This document shows, piece after piece, positions 62,101 through 64,000 of a stretch of DNA of 64,000 bases. Location of the stretch: the NCBI GenBank assembly GCA_040954595.2, contig CM082582.2, positions 3,642,303-3,706,302 on the forward strand, given 5' to 3'. How positions within the stretch are numbered: position 1 is the first letter of the stretch; each line of letters opens with the position of its first letter. The notes beneath the pieces were generated by a model. That model saw nothing but the letters and a program-made list of their open reading frames with translations, searched no databases and was not told where the DNA came from. This DNA comes from Balanoglossus misakiensis. Its lineage: Eukaryota; Animalia; Hemichordata. The translations under genes and the position numbers were made by a program.

Positions 62101-63987
62101 GAGAAAAAGAATCATCATGAACAGAGTGACCATGAAGGTATCTTGCCTATTAATTAAGCTGTGTTTTTTAAATATATTTTGATGATCATGGGGGTATATA
62201 TACTTTTCTAGAATAACAGTTGTTTCCACTTCATTTGACTTAAATATGTTTGATGGATCAATGTATACAAATTTTATCAAACTGAAAGCACGAATTGTAC
62301 TCTTGGCATAAATATACTCAGTGATGTAGACTTTGTTTTGAGATAAATGGGCATGCAAGACAAGAAACATGATGGGCTCAATGTGATTTTATGGCATTTA
62401 CAAACATTACATTTTATGCAAAAGTGCTTAATATCTTTTATGCTTACATGCTTCAGTGCAAATTTTTCATTCTCAGATACCATTCAGGTTGATCCTTGTA
62501 AATTGGAAGTCACCGGATTTAAGGAAGGAACTTCTCAGGAAATTGTGGAGATGTACTTTGAGAGCAGGAACAGATCTGGTGGAGGAACACTTGTAAAATG
62601 TGAAATGAAAGATGATGAAACTTATATCATTACATATGAAAGTCCAGAAGGTGAGATTATTTACCTGTTCAAATTTCACTGCAAACCCCATATCATATTT
62701 ATTGAAAATCTCAAAATATGATGGAAAAACATGCCCATCTTTAGGTAATGTTCGTTGTTGATTGGTGATCACTGTGTGTATTTGTACCGGGTATGTAAAT
62801 TGGTTTATTGCTTCACTTGTTTTACCATTTTAAAAATTACTCGGAAATTGTTTGTCCTTATATACTGGTAGTTTCCAAAGTTGCAAATGTGGTAGTTATG
62901 ACAACTTGGCAAAATCAGCTTCTGAATGTGTGGAATATTTCCTACTCTGACCTTTTTTTTTCATTTTCTATTAAAAGTTTGTTTTGCAGCAATGTGGTAG
63001 CTGGTCAGCTAAAATTAAAAACAAGTGAAATCTTATGACAATAACATTGTTGATATATGTTTGACAAAATATATAAAATATATATAAAAAAACACTCATT
63101 TTGCATGATTTGCATTAGTAGAATTTATGTGTCATCAATTTCTATTTCTCTATTCCCCATCTTCTAGTGGCAGAATGTGTTCTTAGTCAAGAAAAGCATG
63201 TTTTGGCAGGGAGACCATTAATAGTGAAACAATTCCAACCAACAAGGGAGAAAAAGAAACATCATGAACAGAGTGACCATGAAGGTATCTTGCCTGTTAA
63301 TTAAGCTGTGTTTTTTAATTTTAATATATTTTGATGATCATGGGGGTATATATACTTTTCTAGAATAACAGTATAGTTTCCACTTCATTTGACTTAAATA
63401 TGTTTGATGGATCAATGTATACAAATTTTATCAAACTGAAAGCACGAATTGTACTCTTGGCATGAATACTCAGTGATGTAGATGATGTATAATATAATAG
63501 ATGGACATTATTAAAGGTATACGGTCACCTATACAAATTTAGCCACAGTTACCATGGTAAATTGAGATCTAACCAATCACAGATTTTCAGTGGGTGGCAC
63601 ACGCGAAAATAAAGCGTTCTTTAGAACACTCAAATATGCCATTTCAACTATATATGGTGATATGTAAATTGGAGGTGACCGTATACCTTTAAGACAAACA
63701 TGATAGGCTTCATTCTGTATCATAACTTTCATGAGCGCGGTGAGTAGAATTATATTGCCAAAGAATTTACCACTGTGGTTATATCAATATTCTTACTTCC
63801 TGTTTAATAGAGAGTGATTCAGAAGAAGAAGAAGCCAACTGTACAATAGAAGTGACAGGTTTCCCTCCAGACACAAGCACTGAGACACTGGAACTTTACT
63901 TTGAGAGTAAGCGATCAGGTGGTGGTCCTATTGAATCCAAGGAAGTCATCAATGGTGTACTGGTCATTACATTTGAAAGTCCCGATG
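55907..63987 (+). CDS. Multi-exon tandem-RRM protein gene, PARP14/PARP10 N-terminus-like (also NMI/IFI35-like); continues beyond the window
   Basis: Repeated motif [L/I]EVTGF...T..E..E[ML]YFES.(N)RSGGG......ITYES.EVAE.VL...H.L.G..L.V, typical of PARP14-type RRMs; exons split in phase 1. Catalytic and macro domains are not in the window, so the identity is open. Confidence 0.75.
56660..57334. mobile_element. Interspersed repeat resembling non-autonomous Helentron (HINE)-type elements
   Basis: CCCTATTGTTTTTGCT followed by CTTCTT-rich start, internal direct repeats (~56960-57030 / ~57195-57270), end GGGTCCGTCATCGCAGCTTGCAGCTCTATTT; class assigned from recalled resemblance only. Confidence 0.45.
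57356..57522 (+). CDS. RRM gene exon 2 (ESVNAVLQKKQIVH...NPKQ)
   Basis: ttacag acceptor, gtaaat donor, phase 1/0; completes the first RRM. Confidence 0.75.
57910..58123. mobile_element. MITE family C, diverged copy
   Basis: Shares GTGCCACCCACTGAAAAT and CATAGGTGAC..TACCTT. Confidence 0.6.
58265..58666 (+). CDS. RRM gene exon 3, Pro/Gln/Ser-rich linker; reads to TGA 58664-66 or may splice at 58496
   Basis: ttcacag acceptor, phase 0, long open frame; 3' boundary ambiguous (CAAG|gtatgc at 58496 is a phase-1 donor). Confidence 0.6.
   Translation, partial: DSLLDDSTTEEGENRTNFVPDETVKYPNIQEGTPDSEQSARYPPAQFSAENYGFYNTSGRDFPADSSARSSMAYPQQGMPLQDPNVSANMGSDQPWNTPPRSNTPNMPQAVPGGVVHQKSPYSKGQQYYQSQK
58715..58801 (+). 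CDS. RRM gene exon 4, RRM C-terminal half (TERVLGCDLVLDGVHLTVRQP...)
   Basis: gtttcag acceptor, gtcagt donor, 87 nt, phase 1/1. Confidence 0.7.
59404..59577 (+). CDS. RRM gene exon 5, RRM N-half (DTIQVDPCKLEVTGF...YFESRNRSGGG...TYESPE)
   Basis: tctcag acceptor, gtgaga donor, 174 nt, phase 1/1. Confidence 0.88.
59778..61607 (+). mobile_element. Internally deleted, decayed piggyBac element in intron 5 of the RRM gene
   Basis: TTAA TSD (59774-77, 61608-11), TIR CACTTTCGCTGCG / CGCAGTGAAAGTG; remnant N-terminus MATRAKFDADEVLEQVFQDSDSD... (60390-60587) resembles the acidic N-termini of PGBD transposases. Confidence 0.75.
60078..60273. mobile_element. Palindromic MITE nested in the piggyBac
   Basis: ACACATGATGACTGACA...GGGCAACAGTGTATTTT / AAAATACACTGTTGCCC...TGTCAGTCATCATGTGT; centre CCCTCGGGCTATGCCCTCGGG. 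Confidence 0.8.
62021..62137 (+). CDS. RRM gene exon 6, RRM C-half (VAECVLSQEKHVLEGRPLIVKQF...)
   Basis: ttctag acceptor, gtatct donor, 117 nt, phase 1/1. Confidence 0.85.
62477..62650 (+). CDS. RRM gene exon 7, identical duplicate of exon 5
   Basis: Identical 174-nt sequence and splice sites. Confidence 0.88.
63168..63284 (+). CDS. RRM gene exon 8, duplicate of exon 6 (E>A, N>K)
   Basis: 117 nt, two substitutions versus 62021-62137, same splice sites. Confidence 0.85.
63511..63692. mobile_element. MITE family C copy in the RRM gene intron
   Basis: TTAAAGGTATACGGTCACCT ... AGGTGACCGTATACCTTTAA, perfect TIR. Confidence 0.85.
63811..63987 (+). CDS. RRM gene exon 9, further RRM N-half (CTIEVTGFPPDTSTETLELYFESKRSGGG...TFESPD)
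   Basis: aatag acceptor, gtaagc donor, 177 nt, phase 1/1. Confidence 0.88.
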
Positions 63988-64000
63988 GTAAGCACTATTG

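Noticed and set aside
1-64000. tRNA, rRNA, snRNA genes or prokaryotic operons/defence systems
   Set aside because: None recognisable; the spliceosomal exon-intron structure and transposons explain the window.

Overview
AT-rich, intron-rich animal genomic DNA, not prokaryotic; gene content and repeats suggest a marine invertebrate, possibly a deuterostome (inference). It holds two divergently transcribed multi-exon genes. (1) Minus strand, ~44741 to beyond base 1: a PLEKHG4/PLEKHG4B/ARHGEF40 (puratrophin/Solo)-family RhoGEF with the family N-terminal domain, a Sec14/CRAL-TRIO-like region, spectrin-like repeats and a DH domain; the PH domain lies off-window. Fifteen core exons were built by hand with GT-AG boundaries and consistent phases, plus several candidate alternative first exons. 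(2) Plus strand, 55907 to beyond 64000: a tandem-RRM protein resembling the N-terminus of PARP14/PARP10 (and the NID repeats of NMI/IFI35), with a duplicated exon pair, kappaB- and IRF-like motifs and an apparent lesion after exon 3. The ~11 kb between them is CpG-rich and packed with young non-autonomous DNA transposons with intact TIRs/TSDs. These include a 2.6-kb composite element carrying a 594-bp spacer-less palindrome and five ~280-bp tandem units. Introns carry several MITE families, a decayed piggyBac, LINE remnants and a Penelope-type minimal hammerhead ribozyme. No rRNA, tRNA or CRISPR array was seen. Transposon superfamily labels rest on termini/TSD rules only; no database search was run.
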